Position numbers and translations under genes: made by a program. From a virus (lineage: Duplodnaviria; Heunggongvirae; Uroviricota; Caudoviricetes): a stretch of DNA of 53,015 nt. Positions 23,074-33,593 of this stretch are shown piece by piece. The stretch lies in IMG/VR virus record IMGVR_UViG_3300029305_011445; one strand, 5' to 3'. Within the stretch, counting starts at the first letter, position 1. Every line of letters begins with the position of its first letter. The notes under the pieces were generated by a model, which did not search any database, was not told the origin of the DNA, and worked only from the letters and a program-made list of their open reading frames with translations.

Positions 23074-25272
23074 CTACGCAGCTTTTATTAATTCATCTGC
23101 CAATCTTGTGTATCGCACTGTGTCTGTTGTGTTATCGATACACATCTGTAATGCGTCACCTGTATAAATAATTGCTACTACTTTCTTTGCTCTAGTAACA
23201 GCTGTATATAATAAAGATCTGTACATCATGTTACTTGTTGATTCTGGCAAATAGATGATAATAATAGGATTTTCAGAACCTTGTGATTTATGAATTGTAA
23301 ATGAATATGCTAAAACCATATCTCTAATTGCTGAATGTGGAACGACTTTTGTTTCTTCTCCGGCATCATCAATTACAACAATTTCTTTATCATCCATATA
23401 ATCAACGATACAAATTTCTCCATTTACATACAATGGTTGTGGTTCCGCATTATCTTCTGAGACAACGTACTGGTTTCGTAAAAACATAACTTTATCACCC
23501 GGCTGAATATCTGATGATACCATTTCATCTTTGAATACCAAGTCGCGGTGAACAAATTCATTTACTTTATATGTACCTGCAACACCTTTTTTAGATGGTT
23601 CGATAATTTGTGTTTTAAATGGATCATTGATGTCATAATATTCTTTAATTACAGATTTTAACGTTTCAAATCCATCCGTATCATCCTGACATTTAATAAT
23701 TCTAAAATCTGTATCATTTGCAACCGGAAGATTTCCGGCTAAAATGCGATCTGCATTATCAACAATTGTACCTGTGCCATTCTGTCTGAAATTCTCAGTT
23801 AAACGATAAACTGGAAATACTCCGCTTGCAATCATATCGTGCAAACAATTTCCCGGGCCTACAGACGGCAATTGATGTTCATCTCCCACAAAAAGAACTC
23901 TGCACGTATCTTTTACTGCAAGCAATAACATTTCCATCATCGGAACATCGACCATTGATACTTCGTCCACGATAATCAAATCTGCATTTAATGGATTCGT
24001 AGAATTGTATTCAACCGTATTTCCTGTTTCATATGGAGAATAGTTTACTAATTTATGAATCGTACTAGCTTTGTATCCGGAACTTTCTGTTAAACGTTTT
24101 GCCGCACGACCAGTAGGTGCAACGAACCGAATAATTGCTTTTGGATTCTCTAGCTTATAATATTCAACAATACCTCTGATTACAGAAGTTTTTCCGGTTC
24201 CGGGGCCACCGGTTAAAATACTGATGCCGCCGTCTTCCAATAAGTAAAATGCATTCTTTTGGTCATTACCATATTGCATTCTATATTTTTTTTCGATTTC
24301 TGCAATTTTATTTGCATCGATCTTGATATTGGATGCGACTAATGAAAGTCGTTTTAATCTAGTCGCAATATTTATCTCCGCATTATAAAGATATTTTAAT
24401 GCGACCGTTTTGTTTTGCGCATCTAATCGTACTTTCGGATTAGAGATTACTGCATCAGCGACACAGATAGCTGGAACTCTAGTCTTAAATACCGATCGTT
24501 CCGAAAAGCGATCTATAAACTGTGCTAATTTAGGAGCATGAGTATATGTATGCCCCTTGCTGCTACGTTGATCTAAATAGTACTCTATCAATCCATTTAA
24601 TCGTTTATAACTTAAACTTTGGATTCCGAGTTTATAAGCAATCGCATCTGCAATTCGAATACGAATTCCAAATTGTAAACAAATTGGATAAGGATTCTTT
24701 TTTATATAAGTTACAGAATTATCTTTGTATTCTTCATATATATTAAGAATCGTTTCGTAATTGATATCATATGGAGATAAAAACTGTTCTAATTCAATAA
24801 GTGATGTTGTATTATTGAATATCGCGTCCATAAATTTATAAATTGCCGTAACAGACCATTTATCAAATGTATGGATAAGCGAAGCTTGAAGTGTATTTCT
24901 GTCCATATGTGTAATACCACTACCATAATGTCTTACCATTGCTTCAATTTTTCGCTGTCCAATTCCTGTCTGTTTAGATTTTGTTAGCGCCATATAATAA
25001 TCGACTGTTGATTTTTCACTAATCCATGTAAATTCACAGCGTGTACAATTAATTCCGTTGCCATCATAATAGCCTTCAATTTCTACCGGCATCTCATCAA
25101 TCAATCCGGTTCGAAAAGCTCGGCATCGAACTGTATTATCATGTTCACGCTTTACGTTTGGAGTTGCAGTATCAATAAAGAATACTGTTTTCCCAGAGTC
25201 ATCCGTCTCTGTCGTAATTTTTTTGATAACACCTCTAAGTTTTATCAATTCCATATAACTTGAGTTTTGCAT
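23074..25272 (-). CDS. recD2: RecD2-like SF1 DNA helicase
   Basis: N-terminal OB/HhH region, GGPGTGKT, APTGRAAKRL, IIVDEVSM, TIHKSQGSE, YTAVTRAK. Confidence 0.95.
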   Translation of the reverse strand: MQNSSYMELIKLRGVIKKITTETDDSGKTVFFIDTATPNVKREHDNTVRCRAFRTGLIDEMPVEIEGYYDGNGINCTRCEFTWISEKSTVDYYMALTKSKQTGIGQRKIEAMVRHYGSGITHMDRNTLQASLIHTFDKWSVTAIYKFMDAIFNNTTSLIELEQFLSPYDINYETILNIYEEYKDNSVTYIKKNPYPICLQFGIRIRIADAIAYKLGIQSLSYKRLNGLIEYYLDQRSSKGHTYTHAPKLAQFIDRFSERSVFKTRVPAICVADAVISNPKVRLDAQNKTVALKYLYNAEINIATRLKRLSLVASNIKIDANKIAEIEKKYRMQYGNDQKNAFYLLEDGGISILTGGPGTGKTSVIRGIVEYYKLENPKAIIRFVAPTGRAAKRLTESSGYKASTIHKLVNYSPYETGNTVEYNSTNPLNADLIIVDEVSMVDVPMMEMLLLAVKDTCRVLFVGDEHQLPSVGPGNCLHDMIASGVFPVYRLTENFRQNGTGTIVDNADRILAGNLPVANDTDFRIIKCQDDTDGFETLKSVIKEYYDINDPFKTQIIEPSKKGVAGTYKVNEFVHRDLVFKDEMVSSDIQPGDKVMFLRNQYVVSEDNAEPQPLYVNGEICIVDYMDDKEIVVIDDAGEETKVVPHSAIRDMVLAYSFTIHKSQGSENPIIIIYLPESTSNMMYRSLLYTAVTRAKKVVAIIYTGDALQMCIDNTTDTVRYTRLADELIKAA

Positions 25273-25326
25273 AGTTTTCCCCTCTTATTACGAAACAAGA
25301 GGTTTATACAAAACCTCTTCGTTTCA

Positions 25327-26154
25327 TTATGCTTTTGGTGTCAAAAGGTTAATTAATTCCCAGATGTTTTCGCATTTCTTTTTTTCTAATACAAACGCTG
25401 TTAATGCGTCCATATCTACTAAATCGAAAAATCCTGGAGTCTTTTCTTCCCAGAAACCAGTAATACAATTAAGTCGAACATCTCCACATGGTGTTTTAAA
25501 AAAGATGTACTGTCTGTCGTATGCTTTCTTCCAATAATTCGCGCTTGTAACACGTGTCTGCTCGGTGCCGGTTGGAATTAATGAATAAAGTTTATTTAAT
25601 AATGCGACATAACCATGTAAGCCTTTATTTGTTGGAATTTTAAAACGACTCGCTAATGCTACATAACCGTATCCATCTGCTTTTTTCTGATAGATTAATG
25701 ATTTTGACATCTGAGTCATGTTAATAACAGTGCCAACAGAAAGTGTTAATCCGGCTCGACGAATCTCATTCATAAGCATCGGTCCTAAGAATTCCTTTGT
25801 ATTAAACCCTGCAATTGATGGTTCGTTCCCTAAGAATTCAACAACTTCTTTCATAACCGTTGTTGAATCAGGCGCATTTTTAATCATGTCATTTGTTACG
25901 CCATACATATCACTCACTTCATCTGGAATTAAAACACCCGGGTTGATGAGTGAAACGAATGAATCGTTTAATACAAATTCATCATCGCGCAAAACCACTT
26001 TTGCAATTGCAATACCTACGATTCGGTCATTTGCAGTATCCAATCCTGTTGTGTCGATTTTGATAAGATACAGCGGGTTCCATTTAATTTTCTGGATATT
26101 TGAACGCCATTTTGATTTTGGGTTTGTTTTATACATTCTTGTTTCTGTTGCCAT
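25327..26154 (-). CDS. DnaQ-like 3'-5' exonuclease fold with degenerate active site
   Basis: IDTTGLD..NDRIVGIA, SLINPG..IP, GVTNDM; ExoI reads KIDTTG instead of DxETTG. Confidence 0.8.
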   Translation of the reverse strand: MATETRMYKTNPKSKWRSNIQKIKWNPLYLIKIDTTGLDTANDRIVGIAIAKVVLRDDEFVLNDSFVSLINPGVLIPDEVSDMYGVTNDMIKNAPDSTTVMKEVVEFLGNEPSIAGFNTKEFLGPMLMNEIRRAGLTLSVGTVINMTQMSKSLIYQKKADGYGYVALASRFKIPTNKGLHGYVALLNKLYSLIPTGTEQTRVTSANYWKKAYDRQYIFFKTPCGDVRLNCITGFWEEKTPGFFDLVDMDALTAFVLEKKKCENIWELINLLTPKA

Positions 26155-26170
26155 TTCATCTTCTCCTTCA

Positions 26171-26353
26171 CTATTTCTTCACTATTTCTTCACTATTTTC
26201 GTATTCTGCATATACATAATCCGGATTATTTGTTACATTTTCACCAAAATAACAAAATGTTCCCAGTACGAATATGAGTAATATAAGACTTATGATCTCT
26301 GTTTTGATTTTCATAACATTACCTCTTTTTATCCTATATATTATTAGGACCAA
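26171..26353 (-). CDS. Small membrane or secreted protein
   Basis: 60 aa with a hydrophobic N-terminal segment. Confidence 0.55.
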   Translation of the reverse strand: MVLIIYRIKRGNVMKIKTEIISLILLIFVLGTFCYFGENVTNNPDYVYAEYENSEEIVKK

Positions 26354-26417
26354 TTAAATAAAATCGTAGAAAAAAAAAGAGAAACAAAACTTTTGTTTCA
26401 TTTCTCTTCTACTTTCA

Positions 26418-27101
26418 TTATTCGCTGAACATATTCTCTTCAAATAAGGAGCCGCCAGTACCATTTTCCATTTCTCGCAATACATCAGCTTCAATATTTG
26501 CTACTTCAGAGCTATTGATATCCACACTTATGAAATCAAGATTATTCGCATGAAATATCACATGCATGCAAGTATTTGTTCCAGAGTCATTAAGCGTTCT
26601 AAAATATGATACTGGAAATGCCATTTGGAACATCGCGCGACCCTCTAACGCATATGGCATAAATGCAATTGAAAATACTGGCATCTGGTTCGAAATATCT
26701 TCGTTGTTCGCGATTTCTTCCTGCATTTTACGGTATCTGTCTAGCATGTGTTTCATGTCCTGCAAGTATGCATTCTTTTCGGAATCAAAGATGAACACAG
26801 CATTGATTAATTCGCCGTCCATTGTGTACAAATCAACAGCACAGTCATTAATTTCCATGTCATCAACTTCTCGTTTATCATTTTCAGTAACATCTAATAA
26901 CGTCATACCTTCTCTGATATTTGAAATAACACTTAATTCTGCAAGAATATGACATGGACTATGACCATCTTCGTCTACAGAGTTAATAAGATATAAAATA
27001 TCATCTTGGTTAAATGTATCATATTTTTCATTATTAGTTTCGGCACTGACCGGTGCTGGAACTGGAACACTTTCATTTGTAAATAAATTTGTATCTGACA
27101 T
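26418..27101 (-). CDS. Acidic hypothetical protein
   Basis: 227-aa ORF, AAGGAG RBS. Confidence 0.8.
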   Translation of the reverse strand: MSDTNLFTNESVPVPAPVSAETNNEKYDTFNQDDILYLINSVDEDGHSPCHILAELSVISNIREGMTLLDVTENDKREVDDMEINDCAVDLYTMDGELINAVFIFDSEKNAYLQDMKHMLDRYRKMQEEIANNEDISNQMPVFSIAFMPYALEGRAMFQMAFPVSYFRTLNDSGTNTCMHVIFHANNLDFISVDINSSEVANIEADVLREMENGTGGSLFEENMFSE

Positions 27102-27236
27102 ATTTTATATTCTCCTTTATTTCTATTTACAATAAATATGGCTACAAACTTTACAAAGCAAACCGTTTTGTTTAGTTCAACTAACATACCATATTTATTA
27201 ATAGAGTAAAAAATATTTGGAAGGAGGACGGTTTCG

Positions 27237-28097
27237 ATGCAAACAATGGATAATGAACAATTATTTTTAAATCGATTGCAAATCCCGCAACCAGAGCGTA
27301 AATTGATTGAACGACTTAAAGAGCATAGTTTGTATGCATATAAACATAGTGTTGATACTGCAATGGTAACAAAGAGATTTATGGAATTTCTTAATTTTTC
27401 AAAAGAATCTATCGTACTTGGAACAATCGCAGCACTTGTTCATGATATTGGTTTATTATCTGTGCCATCAGAGATTATTAATAAACCTGGTGCGTGGACA
27501 ACTACAGAACGCAATCTTGTCAGCGAACATACAAATAATGCAATTGAATTTTTAAATAATTGCAATGAATTAGAACAATTGGCTGCTATTTCGCACCACA
27601 AGCACTATTCAGAAGAACTTGATGAATTAACACAAATTATTGCAATTTGTGCAACATATAGTGCAAACAAATCAGAACGCCCGGACCGAACTGCTGCTCC
27701 AAATATTATTGCGTTAAACGCTGTTCTTAGTGCAAAAAATCTGAATCCCGAATTTGTTTCTGATTTTAAAAATATGATTACAAAGTCTCGCGATTTAATA
27801 CAATTACAGACACCATTTATTAAATTGGATCCGACTCATTACGAACCACATGTATTACACTATATTGCGTTGAAATATCATGTTAATGAGACACAACTTT
27901 ATATCGATAACAATAATAATTATGTAGTATATGATAAGAAAGTTTTAGCGACTCTTGATAACAACGGCGTTATTGAAAATGAGCCTCACGAAATTGAATT
28001 ACTTGGAGACGGTCGTTTATTTGATAAACAGGTAGAATGGGAATCTCAAGATCGCGATTTCTTAGACATTAATGAATACGAAGAATTACTTTCATAA
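27237..28097 (+). CDS. HD-GYP-like domain protein, degenerate
   Basis: HSVDTA, ALVHDIG, EIINKPG.WT..ER, SHHKH; no GYP loop; SERPDR in place of RPYR. Confidence 0.8.
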   Translation: MQTMDNEQLFLNRLQIPQPERKLIERLKEHSLYAYKHSVDTAMVTKRFMEFLNFSKESIVLGTIAALVHDIGLLSVPSEIINKPGAWTTTERNLVSEHTNNAIEFLNNCNELEQLAAISHHKHYSEELDELTQIIAICATYSANKSERPDRTAAPNIIALNAVLSAKNLNPEFVSDFKNMITKSRDLIQLQTPFIKLDPTHYEPHVLHYIALKYHVNETQLYIDNNNNYVVYDKKVLATLDNNGVIENEPHEIELLGDGRLFDKQVEWESQDRDFLDINEYEELLS

Positions 28098-28142
28098 CAA
28101 AAAATGCTTACCAGATATTTTCTGATAAGCATTCTTTTTTTT
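28098..28142. terminator. Bidirectional terminator
   Basis: aatgcttaccaga...tctgataagcatt flanked by A and T runs. Confidence 0.75.
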
Positions 28143-28512
28143 ATATAAAATTATTACATCCCCAGTTGGTTGCACATACAGCATGTCCATATGTCAAACA
28201 TGTTCCGTCATAAAACTGTTTACAACTTTTGCATGTTTTAATATGCGGTGATATGTATCCAGTCATATAATACAAAAGATAATCTGTTACTGTAATAAAA
28301 CCATACTGCTTATAGTGATTATTGACATTATTTAAATCATCTAATGTTTGTATTTTAAAACCAACTTCTAATTCAATAAGGGTTAACAAACCCAATGTCT
28401 CATCCATTTCACCCCTAATACTGGCGGGAACCGATTCTTTGTATAATTGTGCATATGAAACCGGTATCTCTGCAACAACAATTCCGTTCTGCGTTTTAAT
28501 CTGATATAACAT
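28141..28512 (-). CDS. Hypothetical protein with Cys-rich C-terminus
   Basis: CKSCKQF..C....C....C. Confidence 0.75.
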   Translation of the reverse strand: MLYQIKTQNGIVVAEIPVSYAQLYKESVPASIRGEMDETLGLLTLIELEVGFKIQTLDDLNNVNNHYKQYGFITVTDYLLYYMTGYISPHIKTCKSCKQFYDGTCLTYGHAVCATNWGCNNFI

Positions 28513-28525
28513 TGTTTATCTTCTC

Positions 28526-29347
28526 CTATTCTGCAGCCCAACTATCACCGGTTGCATAATCAATTACGATGCCAGGTGCTACATTGTAACAATAAACATT
28601 AATGCAAACACCTTTTCCGTTATCTTCAATAGAATACGCTTCCATTAATACTCCACTTGCAACTAAATTATCATTTTCATAAATTGGTGTAACTCGATAC
28701 AACACATGATTCGATGGATTTTCTTTTACATAATTAAGAACTGTTTCCTCGATTTGCCACATGCCTTCAATATTCATATATCTTGTCCCAGTAATAAGAT
28801 TCTTTTCATTTGCATCTTCTCCGGCCAAAGAATGTGCGATTAAATGACACCTGTTGTATAACCAATCCTGATCAATTAATCCTTCATATTTTGCTTGAAT
28901 CCATCCACTTGGATAAATATCACTAATAGAACTTCGCTCTTTTGTCGGAAGAGTTTCTGTACAAATATTTGCAAATGCGACACCACAGCGACCAAGTGAA
29001 TCAAGTTCTGAATATTGTTCGAACATATCTGTTGTTATTTCATCTATTGTAAAAAACGGTACATTCCCATTTACATAAATATAAGCATCTCCGGAATATT
29101 CAGGTAACAATGATAAATCGAGACCAGTGGCTGTATCTTCTGGTTCAATAAAAGACTCTGTTGAAGATTTCTTTCCGAATTCTGTATTCAGTTCTTCAAT
29201 ATTATTAACAGTTGTAACAAATGATTCGGCTTCATCAAGAAATTCATTACTTTCCAAAGATTGCGCCGATGCAATTATCATAATTGCAAAAACTATAATG
29301 GGCGTAAGTTTTTTAAGCCATTTTTCTAATCGGGTTAATATTTCCAT
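28526..29347 (-). CDS. Secreted or membrane-anchored DNA/RNA non-specific endonuclease
   Basis: LDSLGRCGVA, YNRCHLIAHSL, NLITGTRYMN, YRVTPIY; N-terminal TM helix. Confidence 0.92.
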   Translation of the reverse strand: MEILTRLEKWLKKLTPIIVFAIMIIASAQSLESNEFLDEAESFVTTVNNIEELNTEFGKKSSTESFIEPEDTATGLDLSLLPEYSGDAYIYVNGNVPFFTIDEITTDMFEQYSELDSLGRCGVAFANICTETLPTKERSSISDIYPSGWIQAKYEGLIDQDWLYNRCHLIAHSLAGEDANEKNLITGTRYMNIEGMWQIEETVLNYVKENPSNHVLYRVTPIYENDNLVASGVLMEAYSIEDNGKGVCINVYCYNVAPGIVIDYATGDSWAAE

Positions 29348-29434
29348 ATTTAATTCTCCTTTTTCTTTTTTTTTATGAAATAAATATGGTGTTTGGTAAA
29401 TACAGAACAAAAAAGAAGGAGAAAATTCTCCTTC

Positions 29435-31174
29435 TTAGTACCAGCCAGAACCACCGCCACCAGTATATTTTGGTGAATAAACAGAACGCAATCCTGTGGG
29501 TTTTGGTTTTGTAGCAGTATTCGTTTTCTTTGTTTCGTATTTTTTCGGTTCCGTCTTTAAACGGTCAATCAAAATACCTGCCTGCTGTTTGGTTAATGTG
29601 TTAATATTGATATCTCCAATATCTCTTCCAGTTTGTGTAAATAACAATCGAATATAATCTTTTTGAGAATCTGATGCCGGTGCATTACCCCAATACGAAA
29701 CTAAACGAGCATCCCATAATGCCCTGGAATCAACTTCTTTCTGTAACAAATAATTATATACACTATCAATTACATCCTGTAATGGTGCTTTTTCAAATAT
29801 TTCTTTAATTGCTTTTGGATTGTTGAAATCAACAAATTCTGTTAAAATAGCTGTTGTTTCGCCCAATGCATCGGAACGGAAAATTGTAATTTCTCTACGA
29901 TTACCAAGACTTAAGTGTAATGAGTTATCTCCCATCGGAACGAAATTAACATCTCGTAAGTCAACATCGTTATCTTGAGAAAATAATGCAACTCGTTTGG
30001 CACCGTTAATCCAGCTGTCCGGTCCATCTAAAATGATTTCAATTTTATCTTCCATTTCAGTAATCTTAACACCTTGTAATTGCTCACGTTTTTTCTTTGG
30101 AACAATTTCCATGTTAAGACCAAATAAATGACCAACATTAATAGGTGGTTGTTTTGTAACACCGACACAATCGATTAATGTTAACGATTCTTTTCCCGGG
30201 TATGGTCTCAGTCCGCGGCCAACCATCTGCGTGTATAAGCTTTGGTTCTGTGTTGGTCGAACCATAATTACTGTTTCGATAAGCGGTATATCTGTGCCTT
30301 CTGAGAAAATCATTACCGAAACAATACATGGGAATTCCTTTTTTACAAATGATTCGATAATTTTATCTCGATTTGGAGTATCGCCAACAACAACTTTCGC
30401 TCCGGGAATTTTCTTTGCCAGTTCATAAGCATGCGCGACATTTACTGCAAAAATCATTGTCTGCCCTTTACGATATTGGTTGTATGCATCTACAACGGCG
30501 TCTACACATTCTGTCTTCATCATTGCATCTGAAAGACCGTTTATCGCATAATCACCCATCTGTTTTTTAACGCCAATAAGATTATATCCAACATCAACTT
30601 GATAACAATCAATATCGGTTAAAAATCCCTCTTTGATACCCCACTTCATATCTTTCATGTAGATAATATCATTATAGATTTTGTGAAGATCTGCCTTGTC
30701 TGCTCGATCAGGTGTTGCTGTAAATCCAATATGTATACGTGGTTTAAAATAATCGTAAATTTTCTGATATGATGGTGCTGTTGCGTGATGTGCTTCATCC
30801 GTAATAATCATATCAAATTCTTCTGGATGAAATTTATCCAGTCGACGTATCAAAGATTGTACCGACGCGGAAACAACTTCTTCCCCATTGCTATGTTCTT
30901 CCGCCTGTTCTACACCAAAACTGCAGTCATAGTATTTCTCCGGTTGATGTACCAACTCATCACGATGACTAAGAATCAAAACTCGTCCGCGACGAGGAAT
31001 GTGAGAAAACACGTAGGTTTTACCGCATCCTGTTGGTAACACTACTAAATGCGATCCTTCTTTACATGCATCAATTTTATCGATACACTCTTTCTGATAT
31101 GGTCGCAGTGTTGATTGGTCCGGGGTATGTGGCGGATCAAAATGTACTGATGTGAAATTATTTGTTTCATTCAT
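29435..31174 (-). CDS. SF2 DEAD/H helicase (ResIII/Irc3-like)
   Basis: LPTGCGKT, DEAHH, TAT, QMVGRGLR. Confidence 0.93.
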   Translation of the reverse strand: MNETNNFTSVHFDPPHTPDQSTLRPYQKECIDKIDACKEGSHLVVLPTGCGKTYVFSHIPRRGRVLILSHRDELVHQPEKYYDCSFGVEQAEEHSNGEEVVSASVQSLIRRLDKFHPEEFDMIITDEAHHATAPSYQKIYDYFKPRIHIGFTATPDRADKADLHKIYNDIIYMKDMKWGIKEGFLTDIDCYQVDVGYNLIGVKKQMGDYAINGLSDAMMKTECVDAVVDAYNQYRKGQTMIFAVNVAHAYELAKKIPGAKVVVGDTPNRDKIIESFVKKEFPCIVSVMIFSEGTDIPLIETVIMVRPTQNQSLYTQMVGRGLRPYPGKESLTLIDCVGVTKQPPINVGHLFGLNMEIVPKKKREQLQGVKITEMEDKIEIILDGPDSWINGAKRVALFSQDNDVDLRDVNFVPMGDNSLHLSLGNRREITIFRSDALGETTAILTEFVDFNNPKAIKEIFEKAPLQDVIDSVYNYLLQKEVDSRALWDARLVSYWGNAPASDSQKDYIRLLFTQTGRDIGDININTLTKQQAGILIDRLKTEPKKYETKKTNTATKPKPTGLRSVYSPKYTGGGGSGWY

Positions 31175-31238
31175 GTTTGTGTCCTCAAAACGAAAAGGAC
31201 CGGGAAATTACCCGATCCCTTCGTTTATTCTTTCCTAT

Positions 31239-32300
31239 TTACTTCCATTCATTAGTGTCGTCATCATTGTCATCTTCATTGTTTTCAAAGATGTCGATAC
31301 GCAACGTGTCTTTACGACCGCACATTGCTCTTAAGAATCCAGTAGCGTTTACAAACTCACTATCTTCCGGAATAATAATGTCCGAACCAAAAACTTCTTT
31401 GATTTCATCATCAATCATATTTACGGTTCCACCAATAAATACGAACTGAGTATAATCAACTGACCACTGAGCAGTACGACAATCATCCATAATTCCAGTT
31501 ACATAATCTGTAATGTATCGAGTAATTGCTGCCTTCGACTCAGCTTCTACTTTCTTATCCTGACGTCTCGGTTTTAAACAACGTTCATCGCCACGTTTAT
31601 TTAATAAATCAGAAATCTGGTCTTTATTAATAAACGAGAACGCAGCTGTAAGTTTCTGTGCTAATCCGGATGTAAGAGCATTTGCTCCTTTATTTGTTGT
31701 TACAGAAAATGTTGCGCTCGGCTCACCATCGTTGAAAATTGTCATGTTCACATTTAACCAACCGATATCGATTACACCAATTGTTTCCATTGGATCTACG
31801 CCATCTACAAAAATCGCACCAAGTGACTCTGGATACACATAGCGTCCTGCAAACTTAAATGTTTTTGTAACAACAGGCCCGTTTCCATCTAATTTGTAAC
31901 TAATAGTAATTTCTTCATCTGCTGGTAAGATGAAATCACGATATTTGTTTCGAAGTTCCACTTCCTGATAATCCTTAACCGGAATACCAATTGCTGCATA
32001 AACTTCATCAACCTCATTTTCGGAACATTCTTTTGCAATTGCAAATAAGGTACAAAGTTTATGTACAAAAGTTTTCTTTGAAGATGTCAACTCTGCACCA
32101 TTTGCTGCATTACGACCAACTTTATACGTTCTTCCATTCATCTGAACAAGAAATGTTGAACTACCTGGATCAGTGTCTTCAAATGTACCCTCATCGTATC
32201 TGGTTGGAAATGTCGCTTTTGTAACAGTATTTGATGTTACATCATATGTCGCCACTTTTGTATGTCCTTTACCGGAATCTACTGCAATATATCTTTTCAT
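31239..32300 (-). CDS. parM: ParM/StbA-family actin-like segregation ATPase
   Basis: AVDSGKGHTK, IGIP, YPESLGA, VIDIGWLNVN, FIGGT. Confidence 0.9.
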   Translation of the reverse strand: MKRYIAVDSGKGHTKVATYDVTSNTVTKATFPTRYDEGTFEDTDPGSSTFLVQMNGRTYKVGRNAANGAELTSSKKTFVHKLCTLFAIAKECSENEVDEVYAAIGIPVKDYQEVELRNKYRDFILPADEEITISYKLDGNGPVVTKTFKFAGRYVYPESLGAIFVDGVDPMETIGVIDIGWLNVNMTIFNDGEPSATFSVTTNKGANALTSGLAQKLTAAFSFINKDQISDLLNKRGDERCLKPRRQDKKVEAESKAAITRYITDYVTGIMDDCRTAQWSVDYTQFVFIGGTVNMIDDEIKEVFGSDIIIPEDSEFVNATGFLRAMCGRKDTLRIDIFENNEDDNDDDTNEWK

Positions 32301-32315
32301 ATGTTATTCTCCTTT

Positions 32316-32687
32316 CTACGCGTCAAGTTTATCAACAATATCGAAAAAGCTATTTTTCTTTGTTTCTTTTTGATTCTTTTTGGTTTCTAATTTTACATCA
32401 GGCAAGTTTGCTTTTGGAACCGTATTTTCTTTGTTTACAATCGGCCTTGCGGTACTATTCTTTTCAGCTGTATTTGGGATTGTTGCTGAAAGACTTGGTT
32501 GCTGCAAACTCTGTTCACAACTAGGTTTTGATACAGTATATGGAATCATAGATGTTGCAAACCCATTTTGGATTTCCTGCATTGCTTGTCCTCTGATTTG
32601 CAAGTATTCCTGCATTGTAGGCGCTCGTCCCGTTAATTGTCTGTACTCTTCTACAAGTTCTCTTGCAAGTTCTGTGATTGAGTTCAT
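32316..32687 (-). CDS. Candidate ParR-like adaptor
   Basis: Small helical N-terminus plus disordered linker, immediately upstream of parM. Confidence 0.45.
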   Translation of the reverse strand: MNSITELARELVEEYRQLTGRAPTMQEYLQIRGQAMQEIQNGFATSMIPYTVSKPSCEQSLQQPSLSATIPNTAEKNSTARPIVNKENTVPKANLPDVKLETKKNQKETKKNSFFDIVDKLDA

Positions 32688-33082
32688 ACGTTTGGCTCCT
32701 TTTTCTTTCTTTTTGCCTTATGAATATTTGCATATTTTGAAATTGCATAACATTCTGCATTAACAATTTTTCCATTTGGCAACGATAACTCTTTTGTTTT
32801 CGGAGATGCAATTGTGTAAATGATTTCTCCTTTAAACAATTTCATTTCTAATACTGGTCCATTAATTACCAAATAAGAATTCCTACCGTCAACAATTGCG
32901 ATTGTAATGGATTCTAAAACATTTTTATTTATTGAATAACGTCTGGATTTGATTTCAATCTCTTCAGAATCTAAACGCAAAAGTACTGCTGAATTATCAG
33001 TTACTTGTTCTTTATTTTTTAAACAAAATGTAGCAATACAATACGTTTCCGGTGCCTCTTTTTTCTTTCTCAAACTATTCAC
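32684..33082 (-). CDS. Hypothetical protein
   Basis: 132 aa; 4-bp overlap with the next gene. Confidence 0.75.
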   Translation of the reverse strand: MNSLRKKKEAPETYCIATFCLKNKEQVTDNSAVLLRLDSEEIEIKSRRYSINKNVLESITIAIVDGRNSYLVINGPVLEMKLFKGEIIYTIASPKTKELSLPNGKIVNAECYAISKYANIHKAKRKKKEPNV

Positions 33083-33147
33083 CTCTTTGCTTTATGTTTT
33101 TTGTTCTTGTCTATTATTAGGACCAAAAATACATAAAACGAAGCAAA

Positions 33148-33531
33148 TTATATTAATCGAATTGCATACCAGAAAAAAGCGATTGTGATTGTGATAAATA
33201 TCGGTGTAATAATATGATAGGTTCTGTGACCTAAATGTTCATTTTTTGAACCATCTTTATTAAACATATTTGTGATACTTGATTCATTTTTCTTTTGAAG
33301 TCTCATTCGCATCAAGATAGTAAGGATCCACAGCCCACATACCGCCAAAATAATTGCAAATATCCATTGATTTTCTTGCACAATTTTTATAATATTAAAC
33401 AAAAATTGTGCTGGATTGTTTTCAGCTATTAAAGTTTCTCCGGCATTAACGGTTTCTTCAATAACGTTTGTAACAGAGTCTATTGAATCTGCTAATAAAA
33501 TATTGTCATAATTTACTAATGCTTGTTTCAT
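33148..33531 (-). CDS. Membrane protein
   Basis: Two TM segments; AGGAG RBS before ATG at 33531. Confidence 0.75.
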   Translation of the reverse strand: MKQALVNYDNILLADSIDSVTNVIEETVNAGETLIAENNPAQFLFNIIKIVQENQWIFAIILAVCGLWILTILMRMRLQKKNESSITNMFNKDGSKNEHLGHRTYHIITPIFITITIAFFWYAIRLI

Positions 33532-33593
33532 AAAATTTCTCCTAAAAAGAGAGTCACTAAACACTTATAATGATAATGACTCTCTTGTATTAA

